39,613 bases of DNA from Bdellovibrionales bacterium. Lineage in GTDB: Archaea > Nanobdellota > Nanobdellia > Woesearchaeales > UBA583. The stretch spans positions 1 to 39,613 of the forward strand of contig CAXPJQ010000047.1 of assembly GCA_964217375.1 (NCBI GenBank), in the 5' to 3' direction. The translations under genes were made by a program, and so were the position numbers. Shown in pieces: positions 1 to 8,881 of the stretch (position 1 is the stretch's first letter; the number at the start of each line of letters is the position of its first letter). The notes below the pieces were generated by a model. It made no database searches. It had not been told where the DNA came from and was given only the letters and a program-made list of their open reading frames with translations.

Positions 1-1169
1 TTTACTTTTGCACCTCTCCATGCAGGATATGTTCCAAAAAGCATTGCAAAAAAAGTTGTAATTAAAATAATTGCTAAAAACATATTCAAACTAAAATTAA
101 CTGGAACATTATATCCTGCAAAATTAGTAATCAGATATGATAATCCTTCAGCTAATATATATGCACCAACAAATCCAATTAATGCACCAACAAATCCCAA
201 AAATGAACTCTCAATTAGAAACATTCCTAATATGTTATTATTTGTAGCACCTAGTGCTTTCATTGCAGAGATTTCTTGAACTCTCTCCAATACTGAAGAA
301 TACATTGTATTCATTACATTAATTCCACCTACTAAAAGTGCAATTGCAGAGACAAATGAAATAATTAATGTCAAAACACCTAAGATCTGATTAAATCTCT
401 CAATTGCATCTTTTGGAGAAGAAATTGAAACTGTTTTTTCATCTCCATTTGGATTTAATCTATTCTCAATATTTTTTTCCATTAACTCTAAATCTGCTCC
501 CTCAAGAAAACTAATTCTAATTGCAGTATATGTGTCATCTCCTCTAAGATCACCAATATCCTCAAATGGTACAATGAACGCGTTATCTAGAAATAAATCT
601 CCTCTCTCTTTTAAAATCCCAATTACTCTAAATGATTCATCATTAATTTTAACTGAAGATCCAACTTTTAAATTAGTTTCATAACTTTCTACAGCTTTAG
701 CACCTAAAACTATAACTCCTTGATCTCCTGACTTTAATAACCTTCCTTCAACTAATTCAAATCCAATATCCTCACTAACTTCTTGGAAATATTCATCTGG
801 AAAACCAACTGCAACTTGAACTTGTTTCTCACGTCCATATTCCCACTGACCTTGTGAATAAAAGTTTTGAGGAGTTATATATTTATAATCTCTCACTACT
901 TGTTTGATTTTTTGTAAATCAGTTTGAGTAAGTCCACTTCCACCAGGAGGTCCATTAGAGTTTTGATTATTTGCACTCTGAACTACAAGTACATTTAACC
1001 CAAATCCACTAAATTGTTCAGATATTGCATTTGAGAGACCTTGTGACACAAAAAGAAAAAAAGTAAAAGTAAATATCCCAATTATAATTCCAGATATTGT
1101 AAGGAAAGCTCTTGACTTTTTTTCCATTAAGTTTTTATATACTAAATTAAATAAATCAATTAAATTCAT
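1..1169 (-). CDS. ABC transporter permease (MacB/FtsX/SalY family), 3'-truncated by the window edge
   Basis: Not in the ORF track. ATG at 1169-1167 overlaps the upstream stop (ATGA). Reads MNLIDLFNLVYKNLMEKKSRAFLTISGIIIG...VGGINVMNTMYSSVLERVQEISAMKALGA..., a typical FtsX-like permease motif. Confidence 0.9.
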   Translation of the reverse strand, partial: MNLIDLFNLVYKNLMEKKSRAFLTISGIIIGIFTFTFFLFVSQGLSNAISEQFSGFGLNVLVVQSANNQNSNGPPGGSGLTQTDLQKIKQVVRDYKYITPQNFYSQGQWEYGREKQVQVAVGFPDEYFQEVSEDIGFELVEGRLLKSGDQGVIVLGAKAVESYETNLKVGSSVKINDESFRVIGILKERGDLFLDNAFIVPFEDIGDLRGDDTYTAIRISFLEGADLELMEKNIENRLNPNGDEKTVSISSPKDAIERFNQILGVLTLIISFVSAIALLVGGINVMNTMYSSVLERVQEISAMKALGATNNNILGMFLIESSFLGFVGALIGFVGAYILAEGLSYLITNFAGYNVPVNFSLNMFLAIILITTFFAMLFGTYPAWRGAKV

Positions 1170-2338
1170 TTTCTAAGAGTCTCCACAATTGTTAATTTTG
1201 ATGCTTTTCTTGATGGCAGATATCCTGCAAGAATCCCAATTAGAAATCCAAATATTAGTAATGATATAATTGTTACAAAATCAATTGTAATTTTTAAAAA
1301 AGAAAATCCTGCACCTTGGGCTATTTTTTCAAATAAAATTACTCCAAAACTTCCAAGTATTATCCCAAGTATTGCTCCAAATAATCCAAAGAAACCTGCT
1401 TGAGTCATATACATAAACAATATAGTATTATTAGTTGCACCAATTGATTTCATAATTCCAATATCTTTAGTTTTTTCAGTTACAATTACATACATTGTAT
1501 TAATAATTCCAAGTGCCCCAACTATAATTGCAACAAATGCAATTCCTCCTAATGTAAATTTGACTATATCTAAAATACTTGTTAATTGATCTAGAAACTG
1601 AGCTGGAGTTGTAATTTCCACCGTATCTTTTCCTAATTTATTTTCAAGTAATGTTTCAACATTTTCTTTTGTAATTTCAATCTCTTCATTTTCATTTACA
1701 ATTACATATAAAAAAGTTAATTCTTCAGTTTCATATATTGAATGTAGATCATTAATATTGAAATAAATATTTTTGTCATCTTCTGAATTTCCAACTTCTT
1801 TAGTAATTCCAATTACTTTAAATTTATTATCTTTAATATATATATTTGAACCAACATTTAATTCTTTATCAAAAAGTTGAGTTGCTGCAAGTGGACCAAT
1901 TACAACTACATTTTCTTCATTATTTTTCGGGTATCTTCCCTCTTCAATTTCAATTGTTAAATCCTCAAATGCTTTTTGAGAGAAATCCATTCCAAATATA
2001 CTCTTTGATATAAATTCTCTTGAGTATTCAATTTGAGCTGTTTTTATGTAATATGTATAAACTTCATCTACATAAGATTTACCCTTTAATAGATTTACTT
2101 CATTATCACTAAATGTTTTAGAATTAGATCCAAACCCTGAACTCTCTGAGCTAACATATAATCTATTTGTTCCAAGTTTTGTAAATTCATCTTCAATTGA
2201 CTTTTCAAATCCAGAACCAAGTAATACTATTACAAATACACTTAGTATTCCTAAACTAATTGCAAATAGTGTTAAAAAAGAAGAAAATTTCTTTTTATTT
2301 AGTTCTTTAAAAATCAATTGAATAATATCAAGTATCAT
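1166..2338 (-). CDS. ABC transporter permease (MacB/FtsX/SalY family)
   Basis: N-terminal TM, extracellular domain (EEGRYP, VVIG), C-terminal GALGIINTMYVIVTEKTKDIGIMKSIGA and AGYLPSRKAS. Confidence 0.93.
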   Translation of the reverse strand: MILDIIQLIFKELNKKKFSSFLTLFAISLGILSVFVIVLLGSGFEKSIEDEFTKLGTNRLYVSSESSGFGSNSKTFSDNEVNLLKGKSYVDEVYTYYIKTAQIEYSREFISKSIFGMDFSQKAFEDLTIEIEEGRYPKNNEENVVVIGPLAATQLFDKELNVGSNIYIKDNKFKVIGITKEVGNSEDDKNIYFNINDLHSIYETEELTFLYVIVNENEEIEITKENVETLLENKLGKDTVEITTPAQFLDQLTSILDIVKFTLGGIAFVAIIVGALGIINTMYVIVTEKTKDIGIMKSIGATNNTILFMYMTQAGFFGLFGAILGIILGSFGVILFEKIAQGAGFSFLKITIDFVTIISLLIFGFLIGILAGYLPSRKASKLTIVETLRK

Positions 2339-2346
2339 TTATTATT

Positions 2347-3579
2347 TTATTTTTTAGTTTTTTTCCCAGATCTTTTACCAATAAAAAATCCAATTATAAT
2401 TCCTATGATAATAAAAATAATTGTCCCTAAAGAAAATCCTGAGCTTTGATTACTAGAACTCAATCCTAATTCTTTTAATTTTTCTTCATTATATAACTTT
2501 AAATCTAATTCTTTAGTTTCTACAATTTCCCTGTTATATGAATCAAGATATGATAATTCTACTTTTAATTTTGTATCAAGTGAATTAATATAAATTTCTG
2601 ATTGTAATGTTTGGAAATCATCTGGATTTAAATCCCCTACATATTGAAAATCTCCTTCAATTATTTCATATCCTTGAGAATCTAATACTCTTAACTCAAC
2701 TCCTTTAGCAGTTGTTGGGGTTGGATTTGCAATTGCAAGTGAGATTTTCCCTTTTCCCTTTGAATATATTTCTTGAGAATCAACTTCAAGACTTAATTCA
2801 GGTTTTGAATAAACTTGAATTGTTGATATAACTTCTTTTTCATATGAATTTCCAAGTGTATCTTCATACTCAATTGTAATTGGTAGTAGATATGGTTTAG
2901 ATTCAGCATCTGGAGTTGCAATTAATTGAGTATTTACTTTAACTGTTTCTTGTGCTTCAATGTTTTCAATAATTACTTGATTTGAACCTTGTTTTGTTGA
3001 AAATACAGTATCTTCAACTCCATCTAAATCAAGAGTAATTACAACATTTCTTAGATCAATATTATTTTTATTTGTAAACTCTAAATTTAACTCTTGACTT
3101 TCTCCAGCTTTGATATATTCATTTTCTACATTACTTGAAATTAATTGTATTGTAGGGTTTGCATCTTGTACAAGCAAATCAAATTCAAAGTTTAGATATG
3201 TTCCCTCAGAAACTATATTAAACTTAATTGTATTTAATCCTAGTGGTGTTTTTGGATCTACATATAATTTATATTTTGCAATTACATATGATGTTGATGT
3301 TGATGTTGATGAAAATGCAGGTATTACTCCTAAACTTTTAGATTTTTCTTCACCTGCTGCTAACTTAAAATAACTATTTTCTACAAATTCAACATTTGAA
3401 CTCTCAATTGATTTTTCTCCAGTATTTGATACTTTTAAATTCACAAATACAAAGTTCCCTGGACTTACAGGATCAGGATTTTGATTTGCTAAAACAACAT
3501 TTAAACTACTACTAGCTGCAAATGATGAACTAATTCCTAAAATTAAGATACTTAATATTAATATTATTTTTTTAATCAT
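2347..3579 (-). CDS. COG1361-like S-layer-domain/surface protein
   Basis: Signal peptide, QNPDPVSPG, repeated beta-sandwich segments (YVGDLNPDDF), C-terminal TM with basic tail; typical partner of archaeal ABC export operons. Confidence 0.75.
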   Translation of the reverse strand: MIKKIILILSILILGISSSFAASSSLNVVLANQNPDPVSPGNFVFVNLKVSNTGEKSIESSNVEFVENSYFKLAAGEEKSKSLGVIPAFSSTSTSTSYVIAKYKLYVDPKTPLGLNTIKFNIVSEGTYLNFEFDLLVQDANPTIQLISSNVENEYIKAGESQELNLEFTNKNNIDLRNVVITLDLDGVEDTVFSTKQGSNQVIIENIEAQETVKVNTQLIATPDAESKPYLLPITIEYEDTLGNSYEKEVISTIQVYSKPELSLEVDSQEIYSKGKGKISLAIANPTPTTAKGVELRVLDSQGYEIIEGDFQYVGDLNPDDFQTLQSEIYINSLDTKLKVELSYLDSYNREIVETKELDLKLYNEEKLKELGLSSSNQSSGFSLGTIIFIIIGIIIGFFIGKRSGKKTKK

Positions 3580-3586
3580 TTTTTAT

Positions 3587-4300
3587 TTATAATTTTAAAA
3601 TTTTCTCATTTTTATTATCTGAGACAATTTTTCCATCAATTAATGTGATGATTCTTTGAGCGCATTTTGATAATTTATCATCGTGTGTTACTAAAATTAT
3701 CGTTTTCCCCTCAGAATTTAGTTTTTGAAGATATTGCATTACTACAACTCCGGTTTTTGAATCTAAATTCCCAGTTGGTTCATCAGCTAAGATGATTTCG
3801 GGTTCATTAGCAAGCGCTCTAGCAATAGCCACCCGTTGTTGTTGACCTCCTGAGAGTTCAGAGGGTTTATTTACAAGTCTCTCTCCCATATCAAATTGTT
3901 CTAAGAGTTTTTGAGCTCTCTTTGATCTCTCGTCCTTTGGAATATTTTGAAAAATCATAGGCAATTCTACATTTTCTTGTGATGAGAGTGTTTTAATTAA
4001 ATTAAATTTTTGAAATACATATCCAATTCTTTTACCTCTAATTTTTGCAAGTTCACTCTCAGACAAATCATTGGTATTATCTCCTCCTAAAATGATATCT
4101 CCTTTTGAAGGACTATCAAGACACCCTATTTGATTTACAAGTGTTGTTTTACCTGATCCAGATTTTCCTACAATTGCAACAAATTCTCCTTCTTTAACAT
4201 CAAAAGAGATACCTTTTAAGACATTTATAGTATTATCTCCTAGGTGATATGTTTTCCAAATATCTTTTAGTTCTATAACTGATCTATTTTTTGTTTTCAT
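3587..4300 (-). CDS. ABC transporter ATP-binding protein (LolD/MacB-like)
   Basis: Walker A GKSGSGKT, signature LSGGQQQR, Walker B ILADEPTGNLD, H-loop VTHD. Confidence 0.96.
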   Translation of the reverse strand: MKTKNRSVIELKDIWKTYHLGDNTINVLKGISFDVKEGEFVAIVGKSGSGKTTLVNQIGCLDSPSKGDIILGGDNTNDLSESELAKIRGKRIGYVFQKFNLIKTLSSQENVELPMIFQNIPKDERSKRAQKLLEQFDMGERLVNKPSELSGGQQQRVAIARALANEPEIILADEPTGNLDSKTGVVVMQYLQKLNSEGKTIILVTHDDKLSKCAQRIITLIDGKIVSDNKNEKILKL

Positions 4301-4836
4301 TTTAAAACCTCTATATTTGCTCTAATTTTTTTATTTAATCTAATATATTCTTCTATTTCATTCTCCTCAAGTAAATTTTCCCACTTCCAGGGATTCATCT
4401 TCTCAGCAATTTGATATAACTTCTCTTCACCTTTTTTAGTTATATTTACTATTTTTTGTCTTTTATTATTTTTATTTTCAATTCTTGAAATTAAGTTTTG
4501 ATTTTCTAATTTAGATAACTGTGTAGATACATTTGCTTTTGATATAAACATTACTCTCCCTATACTCTCTTGAGTCATTGTACTTTTTTTTGCAAAATAT
4601 AATATCTTTAAAATTTCTAAATTTGCATTATTAATTCCAAAAGGTTCAAGAAGTTTCATGTGCTGCCTCTCTAGAACTTCTTGAGTGTAATATGTTGTAA
4701 AAATAATTTTAGAATTTTTTGGAACAAATGATGATTCTTCCATTTTTTGAGCTATTTCTTCTTTTGTAGGGAAATTTCCATCACAAAATGTTTCTACAAA
4801 AAATTTCTTAGCTTTAAGTAAAAGTTTTGTTTTCAT
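4297..4836 (-). CDS. MarR-family transcriptional regulator
   Basis: wHTH pattern MTQESIGRVMFISKANVSTQLSKLENQNLISRIENKNNKRQKIVNITKKG; 4-bp overlap with the ATPase gene. Confidence 0.85.
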   Translation of the reverse strand: MKTKLLLKAKKFFVETFCDGNFPTKEEIAQKMEESSFVPKNSKIIFTTYYTQEVLERQHMKLLEPFGINNANLEILKILYFAKKSTMTQESIGRVMFISKANVSTQLSKLENQNLISRIENKNNKRQKIVNITKKGEEKLYQIAEKMNPWKWENLLEENEIEEYIRLNKKIRANIEVLK

Positions 4837-4925
4837 ATGAACAATTAATTTTTATTAGTATTTAAATAAATGTTATTGTTTATAGGTGAACATTATTTTT
4901 TTTTAAATCTTTTATTTACTAGATA

Positions 4926-4933
4926 TTTATAAA
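4926..4933 (+). promoter_or_regulatory. TATA box (MFS gene)
   Basis: TTTATAAA 22 nt before ATG 4956. Confidence 0.5.
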
Positions 4934-4955
4934 TAAATAATTTTTATATATATTT

Positions 4956-6146
4956 ATGTTAGATTTCATTTATAGTTTTAATATACTAAATAAAAAAAAT
5001 GATTTGAATATTCTATATTTTATTTGTATTTTCCATGCTTTAGCTTTTTCTTTGATAAGTATTACTTTTCCATTATATATTTTAGAAGTTGGAGGTAGTG
5101 CTTTTATAGTTGGGGTTTCTTCTGCAATTTTTGCAACCATGAAATTATTTTTATCTTTTTTTGGAGGATATTTATCCGATTTTACAGGAAAAAAAAATAT
5201 TTTACAAATTTCTTTAATTTTATTTAGTTTTTCAGGTTTAATTTATTTTTTTTCATACGATTATCATTCTTTGTTAATTGGAAAATTTTTCCAAGGAATT
5301 GCAGGAGGTTTATTTTGGACTTCTATAATTTCTTTAATTGAAAGTTCATCTCTTTATAAGGCAAGGGCTATTGGGTTAGTTGAGTCCTTTAGATCAATAG
5401 TTTCATTATTAACTATTTTATTGTCAGGTTTTATAATAACTTATTTTTCATTAAGGATTACTTTATTAATTTTTTCATTTATATTTATTTTCAATTTTTT
5501 ATTTTCTTTTATAAATTTCAAAAAAAATGAAAAAGTAATTCCAAATTATTCAAATTTCTCTTTTAGAGAGTTAAAATATACTTTTAAAGATTTTTTTTCT
5601 AAAAGAGATGGGGTTTATTTATTTCCTATATTTTTTTCAATTGGTTTTTTTGCTGGTTTTGAAGATTTTCTACCCTTATTTGGTTTAGAACTAGATATGA
5701 GTTACTTAGAATTAAGCTTTTTAAAAATACTGACATTAATAGGTTTAATCTTTATTCCTTATTTATCTGGTTTTTTCTCTGATAAAATTAATCGTTATTA
5801 TCCAATAATTTTTGGAAATTTATTTTCTTTAATTACTTTAATTATTTTATTTTTTGTTTCAAGTAAAGTAACTATTTTTTTTCTTTTTTTCTTTTTATCT
5901 TTGTTCATATTTATTCCTTATCCTTCTTTAGTTGCCATTGTAAATGAAAATTTAAATGAGTATGAATCAGGTAAATTTAATGGATTGGTAATATCTATAA
6001 AAATGTTAGGTGTTATTATTTCAAGTTTACTCAATGGTTTATTATTTGAAACTTTTGGTTATAATTATGTTTTTCTTATATTAATACTTGTTTTTTTAAT
6101 ATCTTTTATTTTTTCTATATTTTTATTTTTTAAATACAAAAATTAA
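4956..6146 (+). CDS. MFS transporter
   Basis: About 12 hydrophobic segments; MFS motif A GYLSDFTGKK and its repeat GFFSDKINR. Confidence 0.9.
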   Translation: MLDFIYSFNILNKKNDLNILYFICIFHALAFSLISITFPLYILEVGGSAFIVGVSSAIFATMKLFLSFFGGYLSDFTGKKNILQISLILFSFSGLIYFFSYDYHSLLIGKFFQGIAGGLFWTSIISLIESSSLYKARAIGLVESFRSIVSLLTILLSGFIITYFSLRITLLIFSFIFIFNFLFSFINFKKNEKVIPNYSNFSFRELKYTFKDFFSKRDGVYLFPIFFSIGFFAGFEDFLPLFGLELDMSYLELSFLKILTLIGLIFIPYLSGFFSDKINRYYPIIFGNLFSLITLIILFFVSSKVTIFFLFFFLSLFIFIPYPSLVAIVNENLNEYESGKFNGLVISIKMLGVIISSLLNGLLFETFGYNYVFLILILVFLISFIFSIFLFFKYKN

Positions 6147-6260
6147 TTTATTTAATATTATTAATCATAAATATCCTCCTAAATCATTGATTTTTTCATT
6201 TTGTCCATTCTAATAAAAACAAAAAAATATATAAATGAAATTAAATAGAATATCTTATCT

Positions 6261-6527
6261 ATGGTACAAGGTAAAGAAAAAATTTTATCAAAAAAATTAC
6301 TAGACAAAGTTGTTGTTAGTAAATCCGGTAAAAAATTTGGAGAAGTTGGGGATTTAATCTTTGACACAAAAACAGGAGAAATTATTGATTTTACAATTAT
6401 TAATACTACTAAGTATGTAAAAGACGTTTCTTTAGAAAAAGATACAAATGGAGACTTCTTAGTTCCATTCCATTCAGTAATTGCAATTGGTGACTTTGTA
6501 GTTATTTCAGAAGACGACATATTATAA
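6261..6527 (+). CDS. PRC-barrel domain protein, CdpB1-like
   Basis: LLDKVVVSKSGKKFGEVGDLIFDTKTGEI...LVPFHSVIAIGDFVVI, a standalone archaeal PRC barrel. Confidence 0.85.
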   Translation: MVQGKEKILSKKLLDKVVVSKSGKKFGEVGDLIFDTKTGEIIDFTIINTTKYVKDVSLEKDTNGDFLVPFHSVIAIGDFVVISEDDIL

Positions 6528-6528
6528 A

Positions 6529-7056
6529 GTGGCTTTTAATTTATCAGAGATTGTAGAGAAATTAATAGATATTGGTTTTTACCAAATCTTTTTACCTTTC
6601 CTTTTAGTTTATGCAGTAGTATTTGCTATTTTGCAGAAATCCAAAATTTTTGAAGGAGGTTCATCTACACCTGATCAAGCAAGAAAAGTAAATGCAATTG
6701 TAGCATTTGTTTTTGGTTTATTTGTGGTAGCATCAGCTCACATTGTTTCAATATTTCAAGAGATAATTCAAAGTTTTATAGTTATAGTAATATTTATCTT
6801 ATGTGTTCTAATTGTATTAGGATTCATTTTTGGAGATTCATTTAATGATTTATTTAAAGATTCAAAGATTAAATATTCTCTAGCAAGTTTAATTTTAATT
6901 GTAAGTCTTGGAATTTTATTTAATGTACTTGGTTGGTGGGATACAATTTCAAATTTCTTTGATGATAGTTTCTGGGATAGTTTTGGAGTTGTAATTGGAA
7001 TTTTAATTTTTGGAGGTATCCTTTATTGGATTACAAGTTCAGATTCCAAAAAATAA
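6529..7056 (+). CDS. Uncharacterised polytopic membrane protein (about 5 TM)
   Basis: GTG start 1 nt after the PRC gene stop; FLPFLLVYAVVFAIL and NAIVAFVFGLF hydrophobic helices. Confidence 0.8.
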   Translation: MAFNLSEIVEKLIDIGFYQIFLPFLLVYAVVFAILQKSKIFEGGSSTPDQARKVNAIVAFVFGLFVVASAHIVSIFQEIIQSFIVIVIFILCVLIVLGFIFGDSFNDLFKDSKIKYSLASLILIVSLGILFNVLGWWDTISNFFDDSFWDSFGVVIGILIFGGILYWITSSDSKK

Positions 7057-7061
7057 TAAAG

Positions 7062-7069
7062 TTTATAAA
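7062..7069 (+). promoter_or_regulatory. TATA box (second PRC-barrel gene)
   Basis: TTTATAAA 21 nt before ATG 7091; GAGG also present at 7077-7080. Confidence 0.45.
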
Positions 7070-7090
7070 CAAAAAAGAGGATAAAAAAAT

Positions 7091-7366
7091 ATGGCAAGAT
7101 TCAAAAGAATTTCAGATGTTTACGAAATGAAGGTTTTTACAGATTCAGGATACTTCTTTGGAGAAGTAGAAGAAGCATTAATTGAAGAAAATAGAATTAA
7201 ATCATGGAAAATTAAAGCAGTTCCAGGATCTCTATTATCATCAAAAGTTAAAGATGCTAAAGGTGTTGTAATTCCTCAAAAGTTTTTCAAAGCATTTGGA
7301 GATATTATCATTATTCAAGACGTGGACTTTGGTGGAGCTTCAGAAGAAGCTGAATCTGAAGAATAA
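7091..7366 (+). CDS. PRC-barrel domain protein, CdpB2-like
   Basis: ISDVYEMKVFTDSGYFFGEVEE...GVVIPQKFFKAFGDIIII, acidic tail. Confidence 0.85.
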   Translation: MARFKRISDVYEMKVFTDSGYFFGEVEEALIEENRIKSWKIKAVPGSLLSSKVKDAKGVVIPQKFFKAFGDIIIIQDVDFGGASEEAESEE

Positions 7367-7682
7367 AATCTTTATTTCAAAATAATTTTTTTCTATTTTA
7401 TTATCATTTAAAATGAGTATTTTTAGAGAATATTTTAAATATAATAAATATTATATTTCATTTTTACAATTATTACAAAATAATAGTTTTAATAAAATAT
7501 ATTCTTTCTTGGAATCTGAGAGTGTAATTGATTTTAAATCTTATAGTACTTTAAAAATTCCAAGAAATTTCTTCTGACTCTTCAAAAAAAGTTAATTCAA
7601 TAATTAATAATTAATCATTTTCTTTGTACTTAATTCAAATACACTTAAACTTTATATAGTCATTTTTCTAAATTTAATTATA

Positions 7683-8357
7683 ATGGAATATAAGTTAATT
7701 ATTAACTCTAAAAATTATGAAGAATCTACTTTAGAAAATTTTAACCAAATTTTAAAAGCTTGTGAAAATTTAAATGATTATGCAAAAGATCTTGACGTTG
7801 AAATCATTTTATGTCCTTCAATTATTGATTTAAAGGAATCAACCAAATCAAATATTACAATTTATTCTCAACATATTGACCCTAAATATCCAGGTGCCCA
7901 AACAGGATTTATTATACCTAAATTAATTAAATCTCTTGGTGTTAAAGGTTCATTAATATCTCATTCTGAACACATTTTAAATTACGATCAAATTGAAAAA
8001 AATATCGGTTTTTGTAAAGAAAATGATTTATTTTCATGTGTTTGTGCACGTGATGAGAAATCAGCTGAAAAAATTTCTAAATTCCACCCTGATTTTATTG
8101 CAGTTGAACCTAAAGAATTAATTGGTGGTGATATTTCAATTTCAACTGCAAAACCTGAATTAATTACAAAATCTCTTGAAGTAATCTCTCAAGTAAAACC
8201 TATACCTAAACTCTTAGTTGGAGCTGGAGTTAAAAATCAAGAAGATGTTAAAAAATCAGTTGAACTTGGAGCTAAAGGGATTTTAGTAGCCTCAGGAGTT
8301 GTTAAAGCTCAAGATATTGAGGGAGCAATTAAAGATTTATTAGATGGTTTTAAATAA
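7683..8357 (+). CDS. tpiA: Triosephosphate isomerase, archaeal short type
   Basis: INSKNY (catalytic K), HSE, AVEPKELIG (catalytic E), GAGV, GILVASG; 224 aa. Confidence 0.95.
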   Translation: MEYKLIINSKNYEESTLENFNQILKACENLNDYAKDLDVEIILCPSIIDLKESTKSNITIYSQHIDPKYPGAQTGFIIPKLIKSLGVKGSLISHSEHILNYDQIEKNIGFCKENDLFSCVCARDEKSAEKISKFHPDFIAVEPKELIGGDISISTAKPELITKSLEVISQVKPIPKLLVGAGVKNQEDVKKSVELGAKGILVASGVVKAQDIEGAIKDLLDGFK

Positions 8358-8411
8358 TAACTACTTTAATTAATAAAAAAAATATATAAATAAAATTATT
8401 TAATTTTGAAT

Positions 8412-8879
8412 ATGGTTAAAAAAAAACTTCCAGCTATTAAAAAATCATTAATTGATTTTGCTACAAAAGAAGATGCTAAGGTTATGGATAAAGCATTTAC
8501 AAAAGTTGCATTAGTTGGTTCAGTTTTAATTCTAGGTACTATTTCTGAAGTTAATGCAGGATCTCACACTAATCATGCAAATGAATTAACAATCCCTGGA
8601 TATGATATTTTAAATAATGAATACCCTGATGGAAAGCAAAGTGGTGGGAGGGTTAATGATGAAGAACATGAAGCTAGAAATCAATTAAGAGAAAAACCTA
8701 ATTTATTTAATCCAACTAATGATGTAAGTAATCCTCCAGTTTATTTATCTAATTTGCCAAGTGGATATGATGGTGATAGTGGGAGTGAGGTAATTTCAGT
8801 TCCTGCAAAAACAGTTGTTGCTCACCATGCAAATCATTATAATAAAATTACTTGGGGTAGTGGTGGAGGAAATTGTTAA
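8412..8879 (+). CDS. Candidate RiPP precursor or secreted peptide with His-Xaa-Asn motifs
   Basis: ATG 8412 (track starts at TTG 8406) lies 21 nt after TATATAAA 8383-8390. Basic leader, hydrophobic stretch, then HTN-HAN ... HAN-HYN...WGSGGGNC. Confidence 0.55.
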   Translation: MVKKKLPAIKKSLIDFATKEDAKVMDKAFTKVALVGSVLILGTISEVNAGSHTNHANELTIPGYDILNNEYPDGKQSGGRVNDEEHEARNQLREKPNLFNPTNDVSNPPVYLSNLPSGYDGDSGSEVISVPAKTVVAHHANHYNKITWGSGGGNC

Positions 8880-8881
8880 TT

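Noticed and set aside
160-200. Short direct repeat ATGCACCAACAAATCC, twice
   Set aside because: Encodes GFVGA twice in a permease TM helix; not an array
3288-3311. (GATGTT)n microsatellite
   Set aside because: Encodes an in-frame STSTST linker
3110-3373. 87-aa + strand ORF
   Set aside because: Antisense shadow within the COG1361-like gene
6179-6520. 113-aa - strand ORF
   Set aside because: Antisense to the well-supported PRC-barrel gene
7413-7577. 54-codon ORF (MSIFREYFKY...) in the gap before tpiA, plus a CxxC-containing fragment on the minus strand
   Set aside because: No recognisable motif; the minus-strand fragment is interrupted by stops; cannot be supported
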